Assembly (NCBI GenBank): GCA_964035545.1
Contig: OZ037770.1
Span: 7,694,973 to 7,758,972 of the forward strand
Length of the DNA stretch: 64,000 nucleotides
From: Bugula neritina
Taxonomy: Eukaryota > Animalia > Bryozoa
Direction: 5' to 3'
Positions 28,293 through 41,172 of the stretch are shown here, piece after piece (within the stretch, counting starts at the first letter, position 1; every line of letters starts with the position of its first letter). Made by a program: the position numbers and the translations under genes. Under the pieces are notes generated by a model. The model searched no databases. It had not been told where the DNA came from and worked only from the letters and a program-made list of their open reading frames with translations.

Positions 28293-29373
28293 GCTGAGGC
28301 TGGCAATTCAATTTCTATAAACATATTTACCAAAATTAATACAAAATGAAACTGAAACTCTAAAGTATCATCAGTAAAAAAGTCTACAACAGCCAGTCAA
28401 AACCTAACGTTTGAATAGCAAAACAACCATGCAGTTCAACAAAGTTTTTGTAAGCATAAAATCAACTTAGAGCCCAATCTGAAAGTTAAGCTCATGTTAT
28501 CCCACCTTGTACAACTGAAAATCAACTTTCAGGAAAGTTAAACACACTGATTTGTATCTTTGCTGCTGCACTTTAAAAACAAAACTTTGGGCAATTGAAG
28601 AAGTGTGAGCAGACTTGCACCATCCTTAGATTCAAAAACTATTAGCAATAAAAAACCCAAATGTGGATAATAAAATTAAAGGTGATGGTCAAATAGAAAT
28701 TTACATTAATTGTAAGAGGGAACGTTGGGGACCTCTGAAAAGAGTCTATTGTGGTTGAAGTTTGAATTGCCAGTGATGCCAATTTACTGTTATAGTAGGT
28801 ACTAGGTCATCAGGCAGTTTTATTGAAATAAATCAATTACATCACACTGTTTTAATTCTATGCTAGTAATTCATTTTTTTCCACCTTGCAAATTGGTCTG
28901 GTGTGAAACTGCTTACTTTATAAAAAAAATCTATAACTTAATTAGAATTTTAAATAGCAGCCAAACTTTAAATTTTTTACATGAGTTTGCTCTTCATACA
29001 AAGGTTCAACTGACTCACTTTGGAAGGACACAACTCTTAATTGTAAAGGGGATATCAGGGACCTCTGAAAAGGGTCTATTTTTTCAACTACTCATTAAAG
29101 CATCTAGAGTTTTAAAAAAATCAAGTAAATTATAAAATATTCACCAAATGACTGAAGCTGAGCCCAAGTCACACCGACATGTTTTTCAGCTTTCTGTTTC
29201 GAGTCTATTTGTTTCAGTTATTGACTTGATTTGACTTGCCTAACTATTTGAACTGAAATGTTGATAATGATGTGCAAATTTGTCTTTGAAATTTCTGTAA
29301 GTGAAAATGTCCAATTGTTTAAATTTGGTTTGTAGCCTTAAGTTAATAATAATCATTCATATAAATTTACTAA

Positions 29374-29754
29374 AGGCCCGGCCTCACGCTTGTGAGAATC
29401 ACACGAAAATCGTGTGACGATTTTCGTGTGTTATCCTCTCGTTATGACCAGCTACACACTCGTCGGACGAAACACATAATAAATAGTCCGTAAATGAGTC
29501 TTGCACGAAATACAAATAACAGAAAATTGCCAAATAGAGAAACATGGTAGAAATGAAATAATTACTGTTGCTAAAATTCTATTGACCAATCAAATGGTGC
29601 TTATCGTCGATTGTGATTTTTCGTCCATCGTCATCATTGTGTACACCCAACGAAGACGATTTCGTTTGAATTCCTTCAAATTTTCTTTTATAAATGTTTT
29701 TTTCATGTCAAATAGACGATTTCGTGTGATTCTCACAATCGTGAGGCCAGGCCT
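29374..29754. mobile_element. PIF/Harbinger (Tourist-like) MITE, 381 bp
   Basis: ~40-bp imperfect TIR aggcccggcctcacgcttgtgagaatcacacgaaa / tttcgtgtgattctcacaatcgtgaggccaggcct; TAA TSD on both sides. Confidence 0.85.
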
Positions 29755-30701
29755 TAAGTTATGTTTTAAGGAAAATTCTAGCACTCAAATTATAAAATTT
29801 GAACTTGAATGCTGTTGGAGAAATTTAATGATTATTGTAATTCAATGTTATGAAACTTCGTTCTCATTTTATGAAGATGAATTTCAGCTGAATGTAAATT
29901 TTAAAATAAATAGACATAAATACATTAACATTAGCTGCCCACAAATCTTCACCATTTCTATGTAATATTTTTAAATTAAGATTATGTAGATTGAATTGAT
30001 TGAGTATTTGCAAGACAACCTAAGTTAACCTGGGTTGATCCAGATCATAATCACTAGTCAACTCCGCCAGCACTTTCACTTGACCTAGCTCTGCCAATAT
30101 TAGTGACCTCAGTCTAGCTCTATTAACATTAATGGCCATTAAAACATTATTAATCAGGCATTTTATAATTACCAAGTAGATCAAAATTCTAGAAATTTTA
30201 TTCAAAACTTACTTGTTTCAGTGCTAGTGCTCACAATATCAATCTGAGTATTACATTTACACTCACTCTGAGTCAAAGTTGAATCACAGTTTTAGTCTGA
30301 GTCAAAGTAAATCACTGAATGGAATTGAGTAAAGAGACCTGACTTCCACACCCAGGCTTTGCAAGACTCTAGGCCTAAGGTAATTTGCTAGTCTCTAGGG
30401 CTAAGCCTATAAAATTTACACTAACTAAATGTACATAATAATGAATAATAATCAAATGCTAATATTAGTACAATATTAACACTCTTAGCCTTATGCTATA
30501 AGTATTACTAAAGTAAAAATCTAAGAGTAAATGCCATTATTAATCATTACAAGTATAACCTTAAAACTAAATAACTATTATTAAAATCTAAAAACAAACT
30601 TTTACTTTTAGTAATTATACACTTGACGAATATTATTCATTAATATTAGTATTTACTAGTACAACTACAACAATCTCCTAATAGTATTAGTATTACTACT
30701 T

Positions 30702-31196
30702 GGGCGTTTCCCACTTGGACATTTTTTTATTTTGGTACAATATATATAGTAATATACAGTCATATATAACTGTTGCATTTACTGCTAAACATGAAATAAG
30801 CTACCAAGCCAGCTATTTGCTTTAACTGAATACTAATTTAGCTACAGCTTATTTTATTCAGAATAACAGAATAAAATGCACAAATGCATTTCATGGTATA
30901 TTACATACTGCTATATTACAACTCCACTGTGCCATTTTTGTCTAGAATCTCTTTTAATATACCACTTAACAAATATATTTGATATTTTTTTCTTATTATA
31001 TTTTGTTTATATTTAACCTTTAAGTTTAAGGTTTGTGCAAGATGGCTTCCTAATTATAGAAGTATTGTTACTGTGAGTGGTTTGCTGATGGCTCTTTTGC
31101 TTTCTAGTATGTGCTTAATAATAGCATAAAATACATATATTACACTAAAATCTATAAAAAACGTCTAACTGGGAATCGTCTAAGTGGGATGACACC
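30702..31196. mobile_element. Mutator-like family non-autonomous copy (left end eroded)
   Basis: Right end aaacgtctaactgggaatcgtctaagtgggatgacacc; internal ctaccaagccagctattt shared with 35358; no TSD found. Confidence 0.6.
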
Positions 31197-34100
31197 ATAG
31201 TAATACTAATAGCAATACACCATGACTAAAACTAAACAACAATAGTAATACTAATAGTAATAGTGTTACAGTAATAGTAATAATGGTTCTAGTAACTGTA
31301 AGTAGTAAATAAAAATGTAATACCAATACTAATAGTCATAGTGATAGTCGTAGTGATAGTGTAAGACTGTAACTCAAACTGTAATTCAAATTGTAACTGT
31401 TACTGTTGCTGTTAGTAGGTAGGGAGATGACGGGAATTTCCCTCGATCACGTGACCTAAAGTCTCACAAATTCTCACCCATACCTCGGGAATTGACACCA
31501 TCGTAATTAAAGACTGAATTCAAGTCACTTTCGAATGGGTTTTTCATCCCTTTCTGTAGCTTCCAATCTGAATATTTTTGGGGCATATTGTAGGGTTATA
31601 ATATAGGCAGTAGTGGCATTGAAATAATTCATCATTTTCATATTGAAATTCACACGAGGTAAGTTGCAGAATTCGTCGAAATTTATATGAATGATTTTGG
31701 TTTAATTTATTATAGCTAAGCTTATTTTTATTACATATCTCACTGCCATATTATCATATAAACAATATTTTTGCAACTATATCTTGTTTCAGCTGCTATT
31801 AAATGAGTAAAATGCATTTAAATTTTCAATTTTTATAGACTGTGACTACGCAACGTCATCGGTCGTAACCACCTTAGTTCCGATATCGTTAGAGGACTCT
31901 GGTTTATACTTTTTCTAAAGCTTCAAAGTGAAAGTAATTTGATTTAATTAATATTATAATAATTAATATGCTTCAAATTAAAATATAAATGCAAATAGTT
32001 CAGCTTTAATTTAAATATAAAATAAAAGTATAACTATAAGTATTTAATAAGTTCTACTTTAACGTTCAGTTTAAAATGTAATAAATACCAATAGTAATAG
32101 TAATACTAATAGTTATACTTAATCTTATAGTTATACTAATACTTATAGTCTAATACTAATAGTAATACTAATAAAATTTATAAGTAATATGCTACTGTTA
32201 GTGTTACTATTAAATTACTTATAGTTGTAATAGTAATTACTATTTGAGTATTACTATTAGTATTAGTGTTACACTAAATCTAATACTCAGTTAGACTTAG
32301 TATATTACTATTAGTATTAGTGTAACCCACTATTACAAAACATAATGATATTGCTAGCAAGTAACTATAATATTTATTATAGGTAAACAAAAATTAAATG
32401 CAATTACTAATTAGTATTACATTTTTGTTTGCAAATGAAATTACAATTAATGAATGTAACATTGTGGTAAACATTATGTTTTGTTGAACTTGATGGTTCC
32501 TCTGTTGACGATGCCCAAGAACATGTCTTTGCTTTGCAAGATTTAATTGCTGATTTTCTTCATCTAAGGCTTTATATCAGCATACATTGCTAATGCATCA
32601 CTAAAGAAAGCCTTCTATCAATGGGTGTTGGATTTAAGAAGTTAAATAGTAATTAAAACTTGTTAATGTCACTAGGAACAAACCCAATAACTTGCAGGTG
32701 TACTAAGCCTGTGTGCTCTAACCTCTACATAGCTAACCCAAAAGCCTATATCAATAACGCCAAAATCAAATGGTGTGGCAAATTTTACTATTTCAACATA
32801 AATTGAATTGTTCTATAAGCTGCTCAAATAAATTGTATTTATTTTCAGACTATGTTAATCCACCTTGTACAATTATTTACAGATGAGTCGAACTTCTAGT
32901 GCAGAAATATTTATGATGTGTACAACAGTAGATCATCTTAATCTTTCATCCAAAGTGAACCGGCCAGTCAGTGTGGTTGTGTGCGGTGGATGTGATCTGG
33001 GGGGGACCAAACTCTCTACCATCTTGCAGAAGTTCTTGTGCATCCAGTACAGTTTGACAAGCAATTGGCTAAACTTGCAAACGGCTCTGATCACCTTGTT
33101 TATTGGCTAGATCCTCATCCAAGGCCTATATAAAGAAGCTATTCGAGCTGGTGAAAGGTTTATGTGTACCTAACACTGCATTCAACAGTCAATGCTTTTG
33201 ATTGTACCTTTTTGTTTTATCGTTTTTTGTTAATATTTAATACACAGTAAATTATTTTTTATGCATATTTAATGCTACATTGCATCAAATTTTCTCTTAA
33301 TATTTTTGTTTTCAGTCAACTCTTGTTTAAAGACAATCAGTGATTTTTTAAAATATTAGTTAGGAATATAAAGTTGCATTTTATTGCAGAACAATATTTT
33401 AGTTTTCTTTATTTATACATATTTACAGTAAGCAGCTAGATGTTGCTTTAATAATTTGATAGATAAAAAAACAATTTTTTTATCAGTGAATATTGCAACA
33501 ACATGCATTATGCAACAACAAATATCATTAGTCTTCATATATTGATCAGTGGTGTGGTTTAAAGTTCTTCCATTTTTTAAGTTGGTTGCTTCTTTATCTG
33601 TAATGGGGCTTTTTCTAGTTTTACTTGAGTCTGGTCTCTGGTGCCTGGGCAAGTCCTACAACAACCGGAAACTAATCAACATAAGTCAAACCGGGTTCGG
33701 TTATAACAGCCGAACATTTAAATATATTAATTTAAGTGGGTCCGGTTATAATGCTATTTTCTTACATGGGTTGGGTGGCTATGCGTGCACTCGTATAAAT
33801 TATAGATTAAAGTGGGCTAAATAAGCTGGCTTTACCGTGCGTAGGGCGGTATTCATGCGTCCCGTGAATTCATTGCCTCAGTCTTTAGGTTCATTTTCTT
33901 TTCCGGTTACACTGTACCTGTGACCAATTAGTATGTGGTTGAGTTTGACATTTGTGGTTTTGTAAACTGAAAATATTGATATTGTTCATATGATTTGGCA
34001 TAGATAAAAACATTTGTGTATTCAAATAAGGCATGCTACTTTCAATCTAATTCACTTTCAACACCGTGCCATCAACTGCGAAAGAATCTTATACCGTACT

Positions 34101-35145
34101 ACTGTTAGTGTTAGTACTAGTAGTATTAGTAGCACTAGTACAGTTTCAGTACTACTTATAGTTATACTAGCAGTACTCACTACTATTACTAGTACTAGAC
34201 AGCTAGTAACTTACAACTACAAGTACAACTTCAACTTGAACTTACAACTAATACTAATAGTAATAGTCATACTCATAGTCATAGTGATAGTCATACAACT
34301 TACAAATACAAGAGTTCCAATTTTAATACTAATAGTAAATGTAATAGTATAAGTAATAGTAATACTAATTGACTAATTCAAATGACAATGTGAATGTAAT
34401 TCTAATAGTAATTGACTAATTCTATCCTTTTAGTTTTACTTTTAGTAATACTAATACTAATAGTAATACTATTACTAATAGTAATAGTATTAGTTGTACT
34501 AACATTTCTAAGCGTAAATTGTTAGTACTTGTTCAGTGAGTTGTTACTAACAAGCAAGACGCGATAAAATACGTAACTAATTATAAACTGCCTTTTATAC
34601 AATTACCATAATGATAAGGATAAAAGTAAATAATTATAAAGTTAAACTGAAAGCCACTCCTAACAGAAGCAGTCGTCATAAAATCCGTTAATGTTGTTTG
34701 GTCGTGACCTTACAACCGTCACCTTGACTTATTACATCCGGTTAAGGTCAAGCAAGTCAAGCTCTGCAGTAACTTAAGTAAGTTATAATGCATTGAATGC
34801 ATTTTGATTTTGTAAGTGAATCTGGCTTTGCCAGAGATATAATTGTATAAATTATTATATCCTGTTGAAGTTAAAAGCTTTGTAAACATACTTAGTAACT
34901 TATATTTTGCCGCGGCTTTGCCTTTAGTTTAAATGATTATCATTGAAATATAAACTTATATTTATAAACCACTACCAGTACCAGAATAAGAATGAAAATT
35001 TAATTTTACAATAATAATATTATTATTATTAGTTAATAATTATATTTCAATTACAATGACAATCACTACGATCATCTCTTAAAACTAAATCTACAGTGAA
35101 ATGTAGGTCTTTTAACTTTAACAGGATATAAATTATAATGATTTA

Positions 35146-36013
35146 GGTTTCATCCCAGTTAGACGCTTTGAATTTTGAAGCTTTCCACATACCATAGACA
35201 TACTCATAGGCGCTTTCCAGTTACTCATACTGATACTGTAGGACGCTCTTTTCATTTTGGTACAATTTCATTAAACTTCTAGCTTTAGACCAATTTGCTC
35301 ATAGCGTAGTAGTTTACGGATAATCATAGATGTCAAATCTGATTATTGATTAAATATCTACCAAGCCAGCTATTTCCTTTTTAATTGAATACTATAACTG
35401 TTAGTATTAGTATTACTAACATACTAAAAGTAAAACAAACTGACGATAAAAATAATCTCAGTATATATAATTTTAGTATTATAGTTATATAGAGGAGGAT
35501 TGATCTATCAGTAGTCAATCTTTTTATCATGAATCAAACAGCAGTCATCAAGAAGGGCCGAGGACTTAATCTTTTATACAGAAGCTACACGCACAAGAAA
35601 GATCGAACTCATGGTTCAAAACAGCATTGGAGATGTGTGGAGGCTGGCTGCCCTGGCCGTGTGCACACGAAGTGTGGCTCACACATTGGGGACACCCCTC
35701 ATGTCCTTCACTTTGTGGAACACAGTCACATGCCAGATAAGAAGCAAGTTCTTTTTCTCAAGAACAAGTCCCGAGTGTGTGAGCTTGCTTCACAGGAACT
35801 GCTACAGCCACTGTGTTCTGTAAGTATTTATGCTTTCTTCGAGACCGGTACCAGGTAGGGGATAGTACCACAGATGAGTTCCTGGATGCTGTTTAACACC
35901 TGGTTTCTCTCATTATTTAAATATACATATATTTCAACAACATTCACATAAATTGCACATAAAATACATATAATGTACCAAAGAAAAGTAGCGTTTAACT
36001 GCGAAGAGTCTAT
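35146..36013 (+). mobile_element. Degenerate Mutator-like (Phantom-type) element carrying a FLYWCH fragment
   Basis: Left end ggtttcatcccagttagacg; eroded right end gtaccaaagaaaagtagcgtttaactg; internal FLYWCH ORF. Confidence 0.65.
35529..35858 (+). pseudogene. FLYWCH zinc-finger N-terminus of a MULE transposase (catalytic domain absent)
   Basis: LLYRSYTHKK...WRCVEAGCPGRVHT...EHSH fits L-Y-Y...W-x-C-x4-C...H-x-H; donor at 35820 (tg|gtaagt-like) but no downstream DDE exon seen. Confidence 0.7.
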
Positions 36014-36504
36014 CTTTTATCTGAGTTTTAGTTTAAGTTTTGCCTGTAGTGCTACTAGTACCTGTACATTATACTACTGCTACTGCTGCTGCTACTGCTA
36101 CTACTAATGTTACTGGCAATACTAGCACTACTAGCACTATTAGTACTTGTACAGTTGTACTACTACTTGTAGTTGTATGTACTTCAATTTGTACTTCTAA
36201 TTCTACTTGTACTATAAATATAAGTCAATACATATAACAATTATTTTTGATTTGTTGCTGTTAGTGTTACACTTACTGTCACTAATACTTTACGTGAGTA
36301 ACTTTGATACTCTTGCTGTTGTTCTTATTGAGTAACTTACTCTCAGGCTCAGCCTGAGTCATTACGTTGGAGGGTGTTAAAAACTTATAAACATAGTGTA
36401 AAATTATATTTGTAGTTATTATAATTATATTCACAAAGTTTTATGATTATTAATATGATTATCATTATCACTCATTGGTCATTATCATGATCATGGACTT
36501 GAAA

Positions 36505-36930
36505 ATGATTCAATCTGTCTATGCTCCCACGATGGCTAATAGCAAAAAAACATCAATCAATTTTACCATTAGCTGAACAAAATGCTAAGATTAGTCCCTG
36601 CACCTGAAAAGATCCTTATGGGTGATTTCAATGCCAGAGTGAGCCAGGACCATTCTACCTGGCCTGATGTGATAGGAAAGTTTGGCTGGGGAACTCCTCT
36701 TAACCTGCACTGAACATCAACTCAACATCACCAACACCCTCTTCTAGCACAAATCAGCCCATAAATATTCATGGATGCATTCGAGAAGCAAACATTGGCA
36801 CTTCATTGACTTTTTCATCACACATCAATGTGATCTGCTGGACATTCTGGATACAAATGCGATGAGAGGAGCAAAATTCATAACTAACCACATCATGTTG
36901 AGATCTACGGCAAACCTGAAAGTGAGAAGG
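36505..36930 (+). pseudogene. Decayed LINE (RTE-like) AP-endonuclease fragment
   Basis: SVYAPT, LMGDFNARV, LNITNTLF*, SWMHSRSKHWHFIDFFI motifs with stops and frameshifts. Confidence 0.85.
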
Positions 36931-37375
36931 AAAATGGGTATATGTAGACCCAGGCTGAGGTTAAGGACAGGGTGAACAAAAACCTCAAAGATAGAAACTT
37001 TTTTTTTGGTAGCCGACAGTTCCTCATTAAAAACAGATGCCAATGGAGAGACATGGTACGCAAAAAGTTATCTTCAGATACGAAGGGCAGCTAATGATGA
37101 TAATGGGATAGTGCTGTGGTTGCTGTATTTAATATAGTATTAAAGTCTCTAGTTGTCCATGATAAAATGCTATTGTAATCTCTACTTGGGTTTGTACTAA
37201 TTGTACACTAGTAGATTTGCTCCAAACAAAAACAACACAAAAGGCTCTCATTAATTTTAGGCTATTAGCTGAGCTATAAAAATAGACATGGCTATTGTTT
37301 TCTAATTATTACTAATAAAGTTTGTTCCTATTGGTATGTGTTAGTTTGGAAAATGAATTTAAATAATAATAGTGA

Positions 37376-37591
37376 TTACTCACGCAAGTTTATAGTCGCT
37401 ATCCATGTGAGAAACCTCTGATAGAAAGGTTTTTTTGTTAAATCGGGCTAAGGACTTATTCAGATGAGACACAGAAGCAATTATGACTGGTTGCTCTTCC
37501 TAACATCACCAATGGTCTTTCTCGTGGTTCGAACCCATGACTTCGTGTTTACTAAGCAAACGCTCTAACCCCTTAAACCATGGCTGCTCCC
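37376..37591 (-). mobile_element. tRNA-SINE, full length with TSD
   Basis: Reverse complement of the SINE with intact B box; 18-bp TSD tttaaataRtaatagtga at 37358-37375 and 37592-37609. Confidence 0.88.
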
Positions 37592-37775
37592 TTTAAATAG
37601 TAATAGTGAAATGTTAAATGTGAAGCCACCCACTATCATCAGACATAGCAATTATTATGATCAGTATGAGACTGCTGTTGTAGTATTGTTATAGAATTTA
37701 AAGCCCTTGTAGTTTTACATTGCTGTCTGACAGCCTATGCAGTTGTCATAACCTCTGTGAGGATGACATTAATAA

Positions 37776-38081
37776 TGTTATAATTTTCAGTTTTAGGGTT
37801 GATATGCTATCCAGAGAGTCTATTTATCTAGTATAGAACTGCACCAGGCTAAGTCGAGTGAACGAGTATATTTTATACACAACTATACATTATAAAAACA
37901 CGATACATTATTTCTAACAAGTTACACATCTAATCTATTTCACACTCTAGCTTCGACTGCGTTAGCAGCGGGAAGCTACAATTGCTGCTAACTATCAACT
38001 ACGCTAATTGGCTATCCATTGTTCCGGGTCAATTACGCGACCCTACACGTTGTGCTGCTGGTAGTTCCACGAACCACCACA
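37776..38081 (-). repeat. 3' LTR
   Basis: No difference from 45317-45622 found by eye; preceded on the minus strand by G-rich tract tggtgggggcgg (38082-38093). Confidence 0.97.
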
Positions 38082-38367
38082 CCGCCCCCACCAGCAGAAA
38101 GCCATCTTTCTGATATATATAAAAAAAACATTCAATAGTAATTGTATACATCAGTGGACAAAAATAATACATAATATACAGGAAGAGACATAATAATAGA
38201 CAGAGTCATGGTAACGATCCGTTGCATACAATTGGCCAGCTGTAGATAGACGAGGAATACTAGCTAGCTGTGGTAGTAGACAAGGATTAACCTGTCTAGC
38301 AGTTAAGCATTTGCACGAGTTTGGTTCCTCCCCAAATGTGGAGTTGCGGAGTATTCTGGGTAGCATA

Positions 38368-39155
38368 CTAGAGTCCTTGTTGGGCACGCCGGTGCTTGGC
38401 TTGGCATGTACGCAGTTTCCGTTTCATACGGCATACGGATCCCTTGAGCTGGAAGAGTCCTGTTGTAGTGTTAAGTAGGTCTGGTGCCAGCTGGGTGAAC
38501 TCTTCTTGTAATCGTAGGAGGCGTTCTTCTACTGTGGCTAGTCGTACCGGGTCGGGGGACGGTGTCCGTCTGCGGCGTAAGGGTGGACTGGGGGACCTGG
38601 TCCGTCTCTTCGCCGGGGTAGGGGAGATCTCTCCTTCTTCTGGATATGTAGTTTCCTCGGGGGTGTATGTAATTTGAGGGCGGTCAGACACCAACGGGGA
38701 TTGTTGGCGGGCGTTGTCTAACACACGTTGGAACCCCGAGGATAGAACGGCTAATAGCATGGCCTTCTTTACCAGAGGTCGTATATATGTGAGGAACTCC
38801 GGGTACAGCTTAGCGTCGACCACATAGTTTTCTCCAGGGAAACAGCCCGCCGCTCTGTGTCTGGTGACGGGGTAGGGATACACATCATTGTACCCGCAGG
38901 GGCAGAAGGTCAGTAGGAGGTGAGCATTGACGTGTAGTTTAAGGGAGCGGTGAGAGGCGCAATCTTCACCACAGATCTGGCATCTCGTCCGTCCTCTGGA
39001 CCCCCAGGCTGTTTCTATTTCTTCTTCGGTTTGTGGAGACACCCACCGCCAACGGCGGCGTAGTGGCTCAGGCCGGTCACCACTAGCATAGTCCTCCGGA
39101 TACGGAGCGGGAAGTGTTCTATCCCGTACCCTGGTTGTAGCGGGTCGAGTGTAAT
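38368..39155 (-). CDS. Retroelement ORF3: zinc-finger / Arg-Ser-Pro / coiled-coil protein, probably exon 2 of a spliced mRNA
   Basis: Open for ~262 codons. CQICGEDCASHRSLKLHVNAH (C2H2), FCPCGY...RHRAAGC, KRRTRSPSPPLRRRRTPSP, heptad-like C-terminus. TACTAAC branch point (39181-39175) and tttttcag acceptor (ends 39156). Confidence 0.8.
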
Positions 39156-40829
39156 CTGAAAAAGTTTCAACAGTGTTAGTACAGTACACTGCTGTGTTGT
39201 CAGCTTGAACAGCTTGGCAACTCCTAATTCAGTTACCTCGTAGAGATTACTGATAGTGAATAGTCAGATAGAACCGTATTGCAATGAGATTATAAAAATC
39301 TCTAAGTCAAACTGAGTTCTTACTACGGTATTTCACTAACCTATCTCCAGCTCGATTGACTCAGTGAGTCAGAGCTGAGCGATGCAATCTAGTTTCGTAT
39401 TAAGATATAGTTAACTCACCCCACGATCTGTTGTCGTAAGACATACTGAATATGTGAAATGGTTTGAACTACTGCTTAGAAACACGTCTACTCTTGACTG
39501 CATCAGCGTATGAAAAGATCGAGCAACGTGGTTGGGGTGCGTGATTAAGACTTTGCGCACCCGGCGGATGAATTTTGTTTCTACTTCCGCCGATACAAAA
39601 GTTGATATTTCCGTGGTGTTGACAACTCCCACATTTGCTCGATTCTTTTCTCGTACGGTTTTCCCCTAGACTTTCATGTGTGCCGCTTTTAACGCAGTCA
39701 CATACGAAGTCCTTCAGGTATGCGGGGGGTTGCCTCGTACGCTGTCCCCTTTCTAGGGGGGGTGACACGCTTGCCGGTTCGTTAGTAGGGGCCTCTAATG
39801 GCGTCTCTACTTCACCGTCAGCAGTCACCTCTTCTTGTTCTCCGGATGGAGCCCCTCCCTCCGTGGGGGTTTGCACTTCCGGAACCGGCTCGGTTTCTGG
39901 AAGTGATGGAATCAGACTTGGTGGTGGCGGACACGCTTCTGTTGGCAGAAGCTGCCGCTCCTCTCTCACCAAGTTTTCTTCCCGCGGTATGACCACTTCG
40001 TATTCAGGTCCATGCCGCCGTCGCCCGCGCGTTGTTGTCTGCCTTCTGGGCTCTAACAACGGGGGGGCTTCTCCCACTCCGCCGGGGCTAGCCCAATACG
40101 GTTTCAAGCGAGACTCATTCTGGATAGACACCTGTCCTGAGCGCTCAATCTTGTACGTATGATTGGGCATAGCCTCGACGACCACGTAGGGGCCTACGAA
40201 CTTAGGCTTCAGCTTATCAGCCTGTCCGCGGCGCCTACGGTAATTGACCATCCACACCTTATCTCCTCTTTGATAGAGGGGTGGTTCATCGGAATCTTCG
40301 TGCCGCACCTTCCACTGCTGTTGACGCAGTATCTCGTGTGCGGCCTTCATCCGTTCCACTAGTTCACTGGCATACTCGTGGATTGAGTTATCCTGCTCTG
40401 GAACGTGATAGGTGAGATGGTCAGGGACACGAGTCTCCCTCCCGAGCATCAAGAGGTTTGGGGTCTCACCAGTACTGGTGTGTGGGGTGCTACGGTATGC
40501 ACGCATGACTTGCGGCAACACCGTATCCCATTCCTCTTGACCTCGTCCAAGGAGGAGACTCCGGAGTGCATCACCTAGCATCCGGTTGTTGCGCTCCACC
40601 ACCCCGTTACCTTGGGGGTGGTAGGGGGTGGTCCTGCTCTGATTTACTCCCCAGAGGTGGCAAAGGTCGCTCATCAGTTGAGACTGGAATTGAGCGCCTT
40701 GATCAGAGTGTATCTGTTCGGGAAGCCCAAAATAACAGAATACATGTTGGTCTAGTGCCCTGGCCACTGTTGGGGCTGATGCATCTGGGATAGCCAGAGC
40801 ATCCGCCCACCTAGTAAAGTGGTCGGTTA

Positions 40830-41172
40830 GCCTAGGGCCACACGATGCGTATTTTCGCATGCGAAAATTGAAATCACAAGTAGCAAAGGTGTCCACTGTG
40901 CGCGTTGAGAAAACATTCGCACTTGTCGCTCTGCATTTTCAACGCAAGTGCGAATCGTCTCTGTCGTCGTCACCTAATTGGCTGGTAGTTATTCAGCGAG
41001 CCCAATTTCTTTATTTAGTGCTATATTCCAGTATATTGCGTTTTATTGAAAGCGAGTGCGATTTAAAAATGGAAGCTTTATTTATCACGCATCACTGACG
41101 CTACAGTGGACACCTTTGCTACTTGTGATTTTAATTTTCGCATGCGAAAATACGCACAGTGTGGCCCTAGGC
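40830..41172. mobile_element. 343-bp MITE (~70-bp TIRs, PIF/Harbinger-like TWA target) inserted in integrase
   Basis: gcctagggccacac...gtgtggccctaggc flanked by tta and taa; removing it plus 3 nt restores WILVL-TDHFTRW. Confidence 0.9.

Noticed and set aside
29501-29965. 154-aa ORF
   Set aside because: Non-ATG start, overlaps a MITE and AT-rich flank, no domain.
31420-34100. Possible decayed transposon with coding remnants (32865-33660)
   Set aside because: No convincing termini, TSD or recognisable protein motif by eye.
39237-39420. Alternative local mini-exons (donors near 39236, 39340, 39419) as the 5' part of ORF3
   Set aside because: The exon ending at 39237 has an in-frame TAA just upstream in the required phase and supplies no ATG; the gag donor fits without this problem.
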